The translations under genes were made by a program, and so were the position numbers. This document shows positions 17,073-27,309 of a stretch of 34,045 nt of DNA, in pieces (within the stretch, counting starts at the first letter, position 1; each line of letters begins with the position of its first letter). Location: contig CAZUVK010000013.1 in NCBI GenBank assembly GCA_964623785.1, forward strand, positions 1 to 34,045, given 5' to 3'. Origin of the DNA: an uncultured Gemmatimonas sp. GTDB taxonomy: Bacteria > Gemmatimonadota > Gemmatimonadetes > Longimicrobiales > Longimicrobiaceae. The notes beneath the pieces are model-generated. The model was not told the DNA's origin, made no database searches, and saw only the letters and a list, made by a program, of their open reading frames with translations.

Positions 17073-18341
17073 GTGGACCCACTTCGAGCACCCAGAGATT
17101 TGAGCGACACAGCCCCCCTCGTCGGACACCTGCCGGATTCGCCCCGGAATCAGGTGGTTCGCGCCGCCCAAACGTCGAAACTTCGGACCACTGTGGTGGA
17201 GGCCGAGGGGATCCAGGCGCTCCGGGATGCTTGGATCGGGCTCCTGCCCGCGGAGCGATGGTCGTTCTTCCAGCACCCGGACTGGTGCCGGCTCGTATGG
17301 GAAACCTACTTCCCGTCCGCGAAGCTCCAGCTGCAGCTGGCGTTCGACGGGGAACGACTCGTGGGCATGCTCCCCACCTGCCGTCGGCGGATGAATCGCT
17401 TCGGTCTCTTTCTCCCCGTCGTGGAGGCATTCGCCGGCGGCCGGGGCGACTACTCGGCGCCGTTGACGGCGGAGGGCGCGGGGCCCGAGGTCTCGGCGGC
17501 GCTTCTGGATTCCGCGCTGGCGGCGTCGCGGCGATCCGGTGTCTTCGTTCTGGCGAATCTCCCGGACGCGAACGGACTTCCGGATGCGATTGAGGAGCAT
17601 CTGCGATCCAGGGGCCTGACGTTCGTGAGAACCGACGCAGAGTGCTTTCGCCAGGAATTCGGGCCCGGTCTCACCGATGCGGATTTGGCTCTGAACCCGA
17701 AGCGCCGCAACGATATCCGGCGTTGCCAGAAGCGAATCGAGGAGGAGCGGGGTCCTGTCGTGTTCAGGGTTGTCGATACTCCGGACGAGGCGAAGCGCCT
17801 CCTGCCGGCGTTCTTCGAGATGCACGACAGGCGATGGCTCGACGCGGGACGGCCGGGATCGTTCGGCGACGCGGCGGCTCGGGAATCGTATTACCGGCTC
17901 GTGTCCGAACTCTGGGACGAGGGAGTGCACGTGAGTGTGGTGACCTGCGGGGACACGCCCATATCGTTTCATATTGGCATGGTCCGCCACGGTCACCTGC
18001 TGTACTTCAAACCGACTTTTGATCCGGGGCTGTCGCGGTTCTCCCCCGGCCGGATCCATCTTCGGTTTCTGCTTCAGCATGCGCTGGACACCGGCCTCGC
18101 GGGTATAGACCTTCTGCAGGGCGCGGAAGGTTATAAAGCCGAATGGGCCAACACCGCGACGTCCACGTCGACGTTCATCGTGCGGACTTCGTCTCGCACC
18201 CCGTCGTACTTCTGGATCACGAAGGGTCGGGGATGGGCGGAGCGGAATCTGGGACGCGCATACACCCGGATGGCGACGCTAACGCAGCGGTTCCGGCGGT
18301 CAATGGCGAAGGGCGCCGATGCAGCAGGGAACGCAGAATGA
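17073..18341 (+). CDS. FemAB/CelD-like GNAT acyltransferase (Acetyltransf_6 type)
   Basis: 422-aa ORF with a GTG start. FFQHPDWCRLVWE...FFEMHDRRW...ISFHIGMVRHGHLLYFKPTFDPGLSRFSPGRIHLRFLLQHALDTGLAGIDLLQGAEGYKAEW is typical of CelD/BioF2-like and PEP-CTERM-locus FemAB-family proteins. The exact start is uncertain. Confidence 0.75.
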   Translation: MDPLRAPRDLSDTAPLVGHLPDSPRNQVVRAAQTSKLRTTVVEAEGIQALRDAWIGLLPAERWSFFQHPDWCRLVWETYFPSAKLQLQLAFDGERLVGMLPTCRRRMNRFGLFLPVVEAFAGGRGDYSAPLTAEGAGPEVSAALLDSALAASRRSGVFVLANLPDANGLPDAIEEHLRSRGLTFVRTDAECFRQEFGPGLTDADLALNPKRRNDIRRCQKRIEEERGPVVFRVVDTPDEAKRLLPAFFEMHDRRWLDAGRPGSFGDAAARESYYRLVSELWDEGVHVSVVTCGDTPISFHIGMVRHGHLLYFKPTFDPGLSRFSPGRIHLRFLLQHALDTGLAGIDLLQGAEGYKAEWANTATSTSTFIVRTSSRTPSYFWITKGRGWAERNLGRAYTRMATLTQRFRRSMAKGADAAGNAE

Positions 18342-18407
18342 GCGGAGTTCCCGAGCGGGACTCGCCACATCCGCGGGCGCAACGTGGTCCGCGATCAAGG
18401 ACTTTGA

Positions 18408-20177
18408 ATGGATAGGAATGCGGGACTGATCAGGTTTGTCGTGGCGAACAACCGGACCCTCACCGTGGCCGCGGTTGTTCTGCTGGGCATCGGCGGAATT
18501 CTGGAAGGTTTTGGAATCGCCGCCGCGCTTCCGGTCCTGGAGGCGATGGTCGGCGCCGAGGGATCGGAGCGTGGCGCGCTGGCGGAGGGGCTCACCACGG
18601 CGCTGGGTGCCATCGGGATCACGGCGACGGTCAACACGCTCCTGATCTTCCTGGTGGTGATGTTCCTGATCCGCGCCGTGTTCCTGTACGCCGCCTCGAT
18701 CACCGTTGGGTTCGGTGTGGCGAGGATGGTCATGGAATTCCGGCTGCGCCTGATCCGCGCGATCACCCGGGCCGAGTGGAAGCACGCGCTGTCCTACCCC
18801 ACCGGCTACATCGCGAACGCGCTGGGAAGCGAGTCCGACCGAACGGGAATGGCGTACGCGGAGTTCACCCAGATGGTCGCGGAAGGCATCCAGGTCCTCG
18901 TCTATCTGGCCCTGGTCTTCTTCATCTCGTGGCAGACGGGTCTGGCGGCCATCGCGGTCGGCGGCACCGTCCTCCTGCTCTTCCAGGGCCGCGTGGAAGC
19001 AAGCCGCCGCGCGGGACACGATCAGGTCAACGTCCGCCGATCTGTCCTCGCCCGGCTCACCGATGCCCTTCCAAGCCTCAAACCGCTCAAGGCCATGGGG
19101 AGGGAGCGCTACCTTCTTCCGCGTCTCGAGCAGGAAACGCATGCCTATTTCGAGGCGCAGAAGCGTGAGCTGGCGTCGACCGAACTCCTCAAGAAGGCTC
19201 GCGAACCACTGGTGATGACGGCTCTCGCCGCCGGGCTCTGGGGGGTGATCACCTACTCAACCATCAGTTCCACATCGGTGATGATCCTCGCGGCGCTCTT
19301 CTACAGAAGCGTCACCAGCATCACGAACATGCAGCAGCGCTGGGTGTCGGTCACCGTTGGAGACCATTCGTTCCGCTCCCTGATGGAGCACATCCAGTCC
19401 GCCGAGGATGCGCGCGAGCGATGGGTCTCGACGGGCACGCCGCCGCCCCGGTTGCGGGAATCGCTTCGACTCGACGGGGTCAGCTTTTCGTACGGCGATG
19501 CACAGATCCTTCGTGGCGTCGATGCCGAGCTCCAGGCCGGGACGTTCGTGACCCTTGCCGGACCTTCCGGGTCTGGAAAGAGCACGCTGGTCGACCTGAT
19601 CACCGGCCTTCTTCGGCCGACCGGGGGTCGGATTCTGATCGACGGGATCGATCTCAGCGAGGTGGATGTCCCCGAATGGCGCAAGCACATCGGGTATGTG
19701 CCGCAGGAGCCGATGCTCTTCAGCGATTCCGTGATGAACAACATCTCGCTGGGCGATCCGGACATTTCCGTCCAGGACGTGGAGAATGCGCTGCGGATCG
19801 CCAGTGCGTGGGAGTTCGTTCAGAACCTGCCGAACGGGCTGGATCAGCGGATCGGGGAGGGTGGGATGCAGCTGTCGGGCGGTCAGCGCCAGCGGCTTTC
19901 CATCGCGCGCGCCGTGGTGGTACGTCCGTCGTTGCTGATTCTCGATGAGCCAACGACGGCGCTCGACACCGTTTCGGAGTCAGAAGTCGGCAGGGCGATC
20001 TCGGGGCTTCGCAGCCACCTGACAATTCTTGCCATCTCGCACCAGACGGCCCTTCGGGATCTGGCAGACGTCGTCTGGGAGTTGAACGGGGGAAGGATCC
20101 AGATGACGACGACTTCGGGCGCGGAGTGGGCGCCGGAGGATAGCGCCTCTGTTGACATGTATCCCGCGCAAGGCTGA
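18408..20177 (+). CDS. ABC exporter, fused permease/ATPase (MsbA-like type I exporter)
   Basis: 589 aa with an N-terminal 6-TM region. Walker A GPSGSGKST, signature LSGGQRQRLSIARA, Walker B LLILDEPT. Confidence 0.9.
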   Translation: MDRNAGLIRFVVANNRTLTVAAVVLLGIGGILEGFGIAAALPVLEAMVGAEGSERGALAEGLTTALGAIGITATVNTLLIFLVVMFLIRAVFLYAASITVGFGVARMVMEFRLRLIRAITRAEWKHALSYPTGYIANALGSESDRTGMAYAEFTQMVAEGIQVLVYLALVFFISWQTGLAAIAVGGTVLLLFQGRVEASRRAGHDQVNVRRSVLARLTDALPSLKPLKAMGRERYLLPRLEQETHAYFEAQKRELASTELLKKAREPLVMTALAAGLWGVITYSTISSTSVMILAALFYRSVTSITNMQQRWVSVTVGDHSFRSLMEHIQSAEDARERWVSTGTPPPRLRESLRLDGVSFSYGDAQILRGVDAELQAGTFVTLAGPSGSGKSTLVDLITGLLRPTGGRILIDGIDLSEVDVPEWRKHIGYVPQEPMLFSDSVMNNISLGDPDISVQDVENALRIASAWEFVQNLPNGLDQRIGEGGMQLSGGQRQRLSIARAVVVRPSLLILDEPTTALDTVSESEVGRAISGLRSHLTILAISHQTALRDLADVVWELNGGRIQMTTTSGAEWAPEDSASVDMYPAQG

Positions 20178-20211
20178 ACCGGAACCGCGCGGTGGCCACG
20201 GAGCCGCGGCG

Positions 20212-21339
20212 CTATCCCAGGGATTCCTGGTAGATGCTCGTGTAGCCTTCGATCATGCGATCGATCGTGAATCGTTCCTCGATGGTTCGGCGTCCAGCCG
20301 CCCGGAATTTGTCCGCCATGAAGGGATCGGCGGCCAGGGTGTGGAGCGCGTTCGCGAGATCGGCGGGAGCGTGCGTGTCGACGAGCAAGCCGTTTTCTCC
20401 TTCCACAATCACTTCCTGCGGGCCTCCGCAACGAGTCGCCACGACGGGGACTCCGGTCGCCATCGCCTGAAGCATCGCGAGCGGCAGGCCCTCCTTTTCC
20501 GAACTCATCACGAAGATGTCGAGGTTGTTCAGCAGACGCGGCGTGTCGCTGCGGAACCCGGCGAATCGCACGACGTCACCGAGCCCCAGCTCCGCATGCT
20601 TCTCGACCAACTGACGATATAGTTCGGGCATGCCATCGGTGTCGCCGATGATCACGATCCTGTACGCGGGTGACAGGGACTTCAGAATGGCGGCGGCCTC
20701 GAGCAGGTTGGCGTAATCCTTGGGGACCCTGACGTTGCCGAGCGCACCGATCAGCACCCCGTCAGACGGGATACCCAACTCCCGCCGGAAGCTGGTGTCC
20801 GGCGCTGGGCGGAACTCGCTCACGTCGATTCCGTTCGGAACGACTCGCGTGATCTCGTCGCGCAGATGTCCCTGCGTCGCGATCGACTCCTTCAGCAGGC
20901 TGGAGACGAGCACGATGCGGTTTCGCTCGCTGTCCAGGAGTCGGAACTTGAAGTCCCTCTTTCGATTCGGGGGGCCCGTGTCGACGATGCCGTGAATCGT
21001 TGATACGACGGGTACACCAGAGATCCTTCCGGCGACGCTGGCATACACCGCGGTCGTGAAGAGATGAGTCTGGACCAGGTCTATACGACGCTCCCGGATC
21101 AGACGCACGATCTCGGCGAGGTATCGGAAGTCGAACGAACCCTCGGATCCGATTACCGTGGAAGGGATGCCCCTGTCGGCGAGCGCGGCGTGGAGCCAGT
21201 CTCGAACCGGGACAACCACGTGGTGGTCCCACCCGGCAGGGTCGAGGCCGGTGATGAGGTTGAGGCAGACCGTCTCGGCTCCCCCCGGGCCGCCGGAGTC
21301 GATCAGATGCAGGATGCGCGGGCGGTCCCGTCGAGGCAT
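20212..21339 (-). CDS. Glycosyltransferase family 4
   Basis: The ATG at 21339 shares one nucleotide with the stop of the upstream gene (TGATG) and gives MPRRDRPRILHLIDSGGPGGAETV, a typical GT4 start. The C-domain reads MSSEKEGLPLAMLQAMATGVPVVATRCGGPQEVIVEGENGLLV. The listed ORF extends to 21432 inside the upstream gene. Confidence 0.85.
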   Translation of the reverse strand: MPRRDRPRILHLIDSGGPGGAETVCLNLITGLDPAGWDHHVVVPVRDWLHAALADRGIPSTVIGSEGSFDFRYLAEIVRLIRERRIDLVQTHLFTTAVYASVAGRISGVPVVSTIHGIVDTGPPNRKRDFKFRLLDSERNRIVLVSSLLKESIATQGHLRDEITRVVPNGIDVSEFRPAPDTSFRRELGIPSDGVLIGALGNVRVPKDYANLLEAAAILKSLSPAYRIVIIGDTDGMPELYRQLVEKHAELGLGDVVRFAGFRSDTPRLLNNLDIFVMSSEKEGLPLAMLQAMATGVPVVATRCGGPQEVIVEGENGLLVDTHAPADLANALHTLAADPFMADKFRAAGRRTIEERFTIDRMIEGYTSIYQESLG

Positions 21340-22562
21340 CACGAGACGGGCTGTGGGATCCCGGCTTGCGTACGAGTGGTCCCAGCCGCGCGCAGGAGCA
21401 GGTCCGAGAGCGGTCGCGCGACCGCTGCCCAACTTCGCTCGCGCGCGAGATCGTAGACCGCGTCACCCAATCGTTCGCGAGAATCGTTGTCGCGCAGCAA
21501 TGAAACCGTGAGCGTCGCGAGATCGCCCGGTTGCCTCCGGGTCAGTTCGCGAATGACCGGGGAATCCCCGAGCCCGTTCGCGGCCATGGGGGTCAGAATG
21601 ACGGGCGTGCCGACGGCCCAGGCCTCGAGCACCTTGTTCTTGATGCCCGTACCCGATTGCATGGGCGCGACCGCGAGCCAGGAGCGCCGCAGAACATCCG
21701 GCATATCGGGAACTGAGCCAAGTATCTCGACTCCCGGGACGGCCTGGAGCGCGGTGATCTCAGGTGTCGGATCTCGGCCGGCCACCAGAAACACCGCGTC
21801 CGGCACCTGACGCTTTACCGCTGGCCACACCTCACGAGCGAAGAAGAGTACCGCCTCGAAATTCGGCGGGTACCCCATGACTCCCGTGAAGCACACCGTT
21901 GGTCGCGGATCGCGCGCTGTACTGTCCCGCACGCCAAGGTGGATTCCGTTCGGAACAACGTGCACGCAATCCCGCCCGATCACCCGGCGAAGTACCCGCG
22001 CATCATCCTCGCCCACGGCGACGGTCGCGAACGAGTCGCGACCCAGACGCCGCTCGTTGCGAGCGGCGTCGAAGCAATCTCGCCCCAGTCGCAAGGCGTC
22101 CAGAGGCTGACGCGCCAGACGCATCGCTCGCCAGGTCTCCAGAGTATGGCAGTCCACGAAATCGATGACGACGTTGCCGGAGCGAGTGCCAGCGAACGCG
22201 GATGCGCCGATCCTCGCCCATAACAACACCGCATCGGGCCTCTCGGAGTCGGCAACGCGCATTACCGTTTCGTTCAGCGCCGTCCGCTCTTCAATCGTGA
22301 GGCGAAAGGCATCCTGAGCCCTGGGTATCGACACGAACCGAATCTTATCCGGTAGTGCGGACTTGTCGGCATCACGGCACGGGCTGACGAGGGTCACATC
22401 CCACTCGCGCGCGAGCTCGTGCAGGAGCCCGGCGACCCGCAAGGTGTGGCCCTCCCGAATCGGCCACGAAAAAATAGGTGTGACGGCAAGCAGACGTGGT
22501 TGCGGCACGGTTGTATCTTGGTTGTTGAAGCGTCTCACGGGGCATGGCATCACCCGGCCCAT
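21339..22562 (-). CDS. Glycosyltransferase resembling the PEP-CTERM/EpsH1-system-associated sugar transferase type
   Basis: 407 aa. FTGVMGYPPNFEAVLFFAREVWPAVKRQVPDAVFLVAGRDPTPEITALQAVPGVEILGSVPDMPDVLRRSWLAVAPMQSGTGIKNKVLEAWAVGTPVILTP closely follows the remembered consensus of that family (FtGaMdYwPN...VAPLR.arGiQNKVLEAmA). Confidence 0.8.
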   Translation of the reverse strand: MGRVMPCPVRRFNNQDTTVPQPRLLAVTPIFSWPIREGHTLRVAGLLHELAREWDVTLVSPCRDADKSALPDKIRFVSIPRAQDAFRLTIEERTALNETVMRVADSERPDAVLLWARIGASAFAGTRSGNVVIDFVDCHTLETWRAMRLARQPLDALRLGRDCFDAARNERRLGRDSFATVAVGEDDARVLRRVIGRDCVHVVPNGIHLGVRDSTARDPRPTVCFTGVMGYPPNFEAVLFFAREVWPAVKRQVPDAVFLVAGRDPTPEITALQAVPGVEILGSVPDMPDVLRRSWLAVAPMQSGTGIKNKVLEAWAVGTPVILTPMAANGLGDSPVIRELTRRQPGDLATLTVSLLRDNDSRERLGDAVYDLARERSWAAVARPLSDLLLRAAGTTRTQAGIPQPVS

Positions 22563-22574
22563 TGCCCGTTCGCG

Positions 22575-23086
22575 CTACGTGGACCCCATCCGTTCGATGG
22601 TGAGCCAGGCGCCAGGGAGCCGGTCCAGCGTCCGTTGTAGCCGATAGGCCGAAGCGCGATCCCTCGCGCGCGTCGGCTCACCCGGTCGGGCATCAGGATG
22701 ATGCCGTGCAGGAAGCGCCGGAACTCCATGCCCCCGCGCACGCAGATCCGCTCCGCGTGCGGCTCCAGTTGCTCGATCGCGCGGTCGATCCAAAAGGGCG
22801 CGTCGCCGTGACTGGCCACATTCCCCGGCAGGTTCACCATGTAGAGCGCTTCCTTCGTGTTCGCCAGCGACACGATCAGCGGCGCGTACCTCCCGATGCC
22901 CTTGTACGACAGGCTCATGCCCTGCTTCTTCTCCCCCGAGGTCGGAGCAATCGTCCAGGTCCAGATAGGCGACCGGACCCTGCAGCTCCTTGCACCGGCC
23001 TCGCCACAGCTTCGGCCGCACCGCGTTGCCTCCATCAGTCCGGTCACGCCCTCTTCGGAAAAACGCCGGCAGAAATCCCTCGCCAT
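22575..23086 (-). pseudogene. Decayed DDE transposase (IS1380/IS4-like) remnant
   Basis: Two overlapping minus-strand frames carry pieces of one transposase. One frame has VAYLDLDDCSDLGG. The other has KKQGMSLSYKGIGRYAPLIVSLANTKEALYMVNLPGNVASHGDAPFWIDRAIEQLEPHAERICVRG, followed abruptly by a C-terminal-like FRRFLHGIILMPDRVSRRARGIAL. This implies a frameshift plus an internal deletion. No intact DDE triad can be read. Confidence 0.6.
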
Positions 23087-23157
23087 CGTCTCCGGTACTT
23101 CCTAACAGGACTCCCTACACCCGGCACGCCTATTCAAGGGCTAGGCTGCACTGAGGA

Positions 23158-24315
23158 TCACCGGAATACATGTCTGAACCAATCAACGGATTCGCGAAAA
23201 TACGGAACGGGATCGGAAACTCTAAAGATCTCGCTGCGGGCAGCGGGTGGGAAGGCGGCAACCCATTCGACGAGAGCACGCATACGGTTTCCATGCGACG
23301 TATCGTTGTCCTTCAAGCGGGCGATGACATGGTCCACATGCCCCCACTCCCAACGCAACCGGGTGTTCCGGTACTTGGTGACTGGATCGAAGTCGCCACC
23401 GAGTGCGGCTTCGACGACCAGCTTCGGGAAGTCGACTCCAGCATCAATCGCAAGTTGAAGAGAACCCCAGAACCTTCCGTTGATCTCCATCAGAACGGGC
23501 TCACCCGTCATTGAATCACGCTTGTACTCCACCATCGCCACCCCGGTCCATCCAAGTTCGTCGAGGAGGCGGAGAGACAGCGTCTGGAGGGTCTCATCCA
23601 TCGGTTCACTCCGGCTCAGGACGCTGACACCTCCGGACGGCGGTTTCTCCAGGATGCGCTGATGGGCAAACCGCGCCAAAACCTTTCCGTCACGCACGAA
23701 GAGAAAGATTCCGATTCCTGGTCCATTAACCACCTCCTGGGCCAGAATCGGGAACGCATTGTCCGGATAGGCGCGTAGCGCGCGCTGCATCTCACCTGGT
23801 CTCCGAATCCACGTTACGCCCGTCTTGTGCTGGCTTCCATCTGCCTCGGAGAATACCGAACGTGTCGGCTTGAGGACAATGGGGAGTTCGCTCGCGGGCG
23901 GTTCTTCGTCGCGGGAACGGATCTCATACTGCTTCGGAACGCGAATGCCAATGGATTTCGCGACTTGCAGAACGTGCTTCTTGTCACAGACTGATCGAAA
24001 GCGTTCCAGATCAGGGAACGGGACCGTTGCGCCGATCTCATCCCGGTGTGCGAGGATTGCGAGGATCGCCTCCTCTGTGACCGGAATCACCAGTCGCGAA
24101 TCCTCTTCCAAGGCGAGACTGGCAACCGCCCGGGCAAACACAGCGGGTGATTCGTCCGGAGCGGGCAGCACAACTTCGCGGGCGGCATGACGTGATGCGC
24201 CAGCGAGGCTCTTTCCACGGCTCACAACGACGCACCGGTGCCCGACTCGACCAAGAGATCGGACGATGGCGAGTGCGCTGCGCTGCTCGCCGTCCGTGAC
24301 GACTATGTTGGCCAT
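23158..24315 (-). CDS. ATP-grasp domain ligase
   Basis: 385 aa. IVLKPTRS..., GVAMVEYKRDSMTGEPVLMEINGRFWGSLQLAIDAGVDFP is the ATP-grasp MEINPRFWGS-type motif. The ATG shares one nucleotide with the stop of the upstream remnant (TGATG). Confidence 0.8.
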   Translation of the reverse strand: MANIVVTDGEQRSALAIVRSLGRVGHRCVVVSRGKSLAGASRHAAREVVLPAPDESPAVFARAVASLALEEDSRLVIPVTEEAILAILAHRDEIGATVPFPDLERFRSVCDKKHVLQVAKSIGIRVPKQYEIRSRDEEPPASELPIVLKPTRSVFSEADGSQHKTGVTWIRRPGEMQRALRAYPDNAFPILAQEVVNGPGIGIFLFVRDGKVLARFAHQRILEKPPSGGVSVLSRSEPMDETLQTLSLRLLDELGWTGVAMVEYKRDSMTGEPVLMEINGRFWGSLQLAIDAGVDFPKLVVEAALGGDFDPVTKYRNTRLRWEWGHVDHVIARLKDNDTSHGNRMRALVEWVAAFPPAARSEIFRVSDPVPYFRESVDWFRHVFR

Positions 24316-24734
24316 CAGCGCAGACCGGGCGCCTGGACCGCACGGTGCCCAGCGAGTGCTTCGTCGTACCGCTTTACTCTGCGTTCCAAAGGGTAATACC
24401 GCTCGACGGTTCGCCGTTCGGCCATGCCAATGGCGGAAGCACGCGCCGGGTCATCGGGTATTGTCTCCACCGCTTCGGCTAGAGCGGCGGGCGACCGTAT
24501 CAGGACCAGCGCGCCGTTCGATCTATTCTTGATCAAGTCTTGGGGTCCTCCTGACCGCGTTGAGACAACCGAGCATGCGGTAGCCAGTGTCTGAAGCCTT
24601 GCCAGCGCCAATCCTTCGTTGTTGAAACCCACGTCAATACGGCACCAAACCTTTCCCGCGGGCGTAGGTGCGTTCCGAATTCCGATTCCTCGCGTCGGTT
24701 CACGCGATGGCTCAGGGGCTGAGGCCCCAGTCAC
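24315..24734 (-). pseudogene. 5'-truncated GT4 glycosyltransferase remnant (C-terminal ~100 aa only)
   Basis: Only FNNEGLALARLQTLATACSVVSTRSGGPQDLIKNRSNGALV...AIGMAERRTVERYY (the GT4 E-x7-E end) is present. The N-terminal ~250 aa of a GT4 are missing, and the epimerase gene ends immediately upstream (24731). Confidence 0.6.
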
Positions 24735-25858
24735 CCGATCCCGACAGGATTCTCCTCAAGCAACGCATCCACAATTCGTTGCGCCGTACGCCCATCCCAT
24801 CCCGCTGGAGCACGCACACCAACAGATTCCCGCGGAGTACTGACGGCGTCGCGCATGTCGCTCAGAACGCCATCGATGGATGGAGGCCAGGACATCATGC
24901 GGTTTGTACCAACGGATACAGTTATGGGGCGCTCGGTCTGAGCCCTTACCGTGACGCAAGGAACGCCCAACACGGTGGACTCCTCCTGAACGCCGCCGCT
25001 ATCCGTTGCGACCGCCAATGATGCATCAAGCAGCCCAACCATTTCCGCGTAGCCAACCGGCTCCACCACCCGAAGATTGTCGAGCAATGACGAGAATCCG
25101 TACTCGTCGACCTGTCGCCGTGTTCTGGGGTGGATTGGGAACAATACCGGGTGGTCCAGTGACAATTGCGCGAACGCTTTGAGCAGGAGCTTCAATCGTT
25201 CGGGATCGTCTACATTCGAAGGCCGATGGAGGGTCAGGAGAACAAACTTGCCTCGTGACACTCCAAACCGCCCGGGCATATCGAGCGAACGCGCTCTAGG
25301 GAGCGTCGCATAGAGTGAATCGATCATGACGTTGCCGACGAACCGTGTTGTGGTTCCGGTCAAGCCTTCTCGTTGAAGGTTCGCGATAGCGTCATCAGAC
25401 GGAGTGAGCAGTAGATCACTCAATCGGTCAGTCAAGACGCGGTTCACTTCCTCAGGCATCGCCCAATCTCCTGATCGAAGCCCCGCCTCGACGTGGGCTA
25501 TCCCGCACCCAAGTTCTTCGCGCAACTTGGCCGCGACCAATGCACACGCGAGCGTGCTATTGACGTCACCGACAACGACCACCCAACGCGGGGACCATTT
25601 CTGGAGCACTGGCTCAAATCGCTCCATGATCCGTGCGGTTTGTATCGCATGCGTTCCTGATCCAACACCAAGGAAGTCATCCGGCGGGGGCGCATCGAGA
25701 TCGGCCAGCAATGCATCCGACATTCGGACGTCATAGTGCTGTCCGGTGTGCAGAAAGACACGAGGGATCCCCCTGCCGTCGAGCTCATGGAGGATAGGGA
25801 CGACCTTAATGAAGTTGGGTCGCGCGCCGGCGACCACGAGAATCGGTCGACTCTTCAT
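24731..25858 (-). CDS. wecB: UDP-N-acetylglucosamine 2-epimerase (non-hydrolysing)
   Basis: From the ATG at 25858: MKSRPILVVAGARPNFIKVVPILHEL...LHTGQHYD...HVEAGLRS...DSGGVQEE are canonical WecB/MnaA motifs. The listed ORF starts 24 codons earlier at 25930, which forms an ATGA overlap with the upstream gene, so the start is ambiguous. Confidence 0.9.
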   Translation of the reverse strand: MKSRPILVVAGARPNFIKVVPILHELDGRGIPRVFLHTGQHYDVRMSDALLADLDAPPPDDFLGVGSGTHAIQTARIMERFEPVLQKWSPRWVVVVGDVNSTLACALVAAKLREELGCGIAHVEAGLRSGDWAMPEEVNRVLTDRLSDLLLTPSDDAIANLQREGLTGTTTRFVGNVMIDSLYATLPRARSLDMPGRFGVSRGKFVLLTLHRPSNVDDPERLKLLLKAFAQLSLDHPVLFPIHPRTRRQVDEYGFSSLLDNLRVVEPVGYAEMVGLLDASLAVATDSGGVQEESTVLGVPCVTVRAQTERPITVSVGTNRMMSWPPSIDGVLSDMRDAVSTPRESVGVRAPAGWDGRTAQRIVDALLEENPVGIG

Positions 25859-25926
25859 CTCAGACGGAGAAATTATAGAGCGAAGTCCCGGCGGTGGCGA
25901 ACGTCCGCCGCCGGGGAACAATGACC

Positions 25927-27309
25927 TCATTGGGCCGATCTAGGATCCACCACGGTACCCCGGATGATTCCATCAACCTGCCTCGCCAACTCAGCATGTG
26001 TAATCGGTTGGGTACGCGTGGGAAGCGCCCAACCACCGGACTTTGCGTGGCGAAGCAGCGAGGCCAATCGGGGAATATCTCGCGGATCACAACTGACAGC
26101 GCCAATTCGGTGCGCAACTTCCGCCGAGGCACTGCCTTCCTCCGAGATCACGAGTGTTGGAACATCCAAAGCGACCGACTCGTAGATCTTCGCGGGTATT
26201 GCCTGCGGCTGCGATTGGGCCAGCACGATGGCGACATCCGCCGTGGCCAGGAATCCCAGAGCCTCCTCTCGCGATACCGCAGGTGTGACTCGGATATGCG
26301 GACCCAGGAAAGGGTCGGCGCGCCCTTCATCGAGTACGGATTGATGCATCGGTTCAGCGGAGCCAATGAAATGAAGCTCGGATGAACCGGCCAACTCAGG
26401 GGCCAACTGCATCATCATACGAAATGCTTCGATTAGAGGGCGAGGGTCCCGGGACAGGTAGAGTGTGCCGGTATGTACGATCCTGATACCATTTCCGCTG
26501 ATGGGCGAACGAACGGGAAGGGATTCGGTGTCCATACCATTCGGGACCCAATGAACGGGGCGGTCCGGGTACCGATCTCGGAGCCGAGCAGCGAACTCCG
26601 GGGTCGTGGCGAGAAGGCCGGTGGCACGTTTGGCGAGACGTTCTTCAAACAGCTGGTGCGCTATCTCGGCCGGCCGCGTAGTCTTCCGGTTCAATGTCCA
26701 TGGGTCTCGATAGTCGACGAAATGCTTCGTGTTCCCACCAGCACCAAGCATGCTCGCGATGAAGTGCGCGCTATGCGGCGGGCCAGAGCTGATGATGACA
26801 TCCGGGCGGTGGGCCCGAACCATCTGCACGCCATTCGCCCAGGCACGAGTGACCCAGCCTCGCGCCTCGTCGGGGAAGCCCATCAGATCACTGAAATCCC
26901 TACGCAGTCTCCTGTTCCAAGTGAGCCGGTCTACATTGTCCGCACGCGGTTCACCGGACTGTCCCGTCGTAGCCCCGGACTTGCTACCAGGAGGGTCTGC
27001 TCTTCCGACCTTGACAGCTTGAGAAGTTCGTATCGCGCGATAAACATCCTGAACGGTTCGGCGACGCGGTACCCGCACAACGCGTACACCACGCGCACTG
27101 TCGGCCTCTACACCATGCGGACCACCTTCAACGAGCATATCGACCGACCAGCCCGCGCGCACCAAGTATTTCGCGAATCCCCACCAGCGAAATCCTCCGA
27201 CCGCAGTGCTCGGCGGACAATGGTACGTTACAATCAGCAGTCTCCCTTTCTCTGGCACTTGCAACAGGCCAGTCGCCGGACTAGTCATTTGTTCTCGATG
27301 TACTGACAT
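25927..27309 (-). CDS. Glycosyltransferase (GT4-like, Glyco_trans_4_4 N-domain)
   Basis: 460 aa. LLIVTYHCPPSTAVGGFRWWGFAKYL...IISSGPPHSAHF...YRDPW then IVHTGTLYLSRDPRPLIEAF...AIPAKIYESVALDVPTLVI. Confidence 0.75.
   Translation of the reverse strand: MSVHREQMTSPATGLLQVPEKGRLLIVTYHCPPSTAVGGFRWWGFAKYLVRAGWSVDMLVEGGPHGVEADSARGVRVVRVPRRRTVQDVYRAIRTSQAVKVGRADPPGSKSGATTGQSGEPRADNVDRLTWNRRLRRDFSDLMGFPDEARGWVTRAWANGVQMVRAHRPDVIISSGPPHSAHFIASMLGAGGNTKHFVDYRDPWTLNRKTTRPAEIAHQLFEERLAKRATGLLATTPEFAARLRDRYPDRPVHWVPNGMDTESLPVRSPISGNGIRIVHTGTLYLSRDPRPLIEAFRMMMQLAPELAGSSELHFIGSAEPMHQSVLDEGRADPFLGPHIRVTPAVSREEALGFLATADVAIVLAQSQPQAIPAKIYESVALDVPTLVISEEGSASAEVAHRIGAVSCDPRDIPRLASLLRHAKSGGWALPTRTQPITHAELARQVDGIIRGTVVDPRSAQ

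Noticed and set aside
20178-20211. Possible terminator between the convergent ABC exporter and GT genes
   Set aside because: Only short GC palindromes (CCGCG...CGCGG around GTGGCCAC) are present, with no clear loop or U-tract. That is too weak to call.
21340-21432. 31-codon N-terminal extension of the GT at 20212
   Set aside because: It lies inside the 3' end of the upstream GT gene. The ATG at 21339, with its TGATG junction, gives a canonical GT4 N-terminus.
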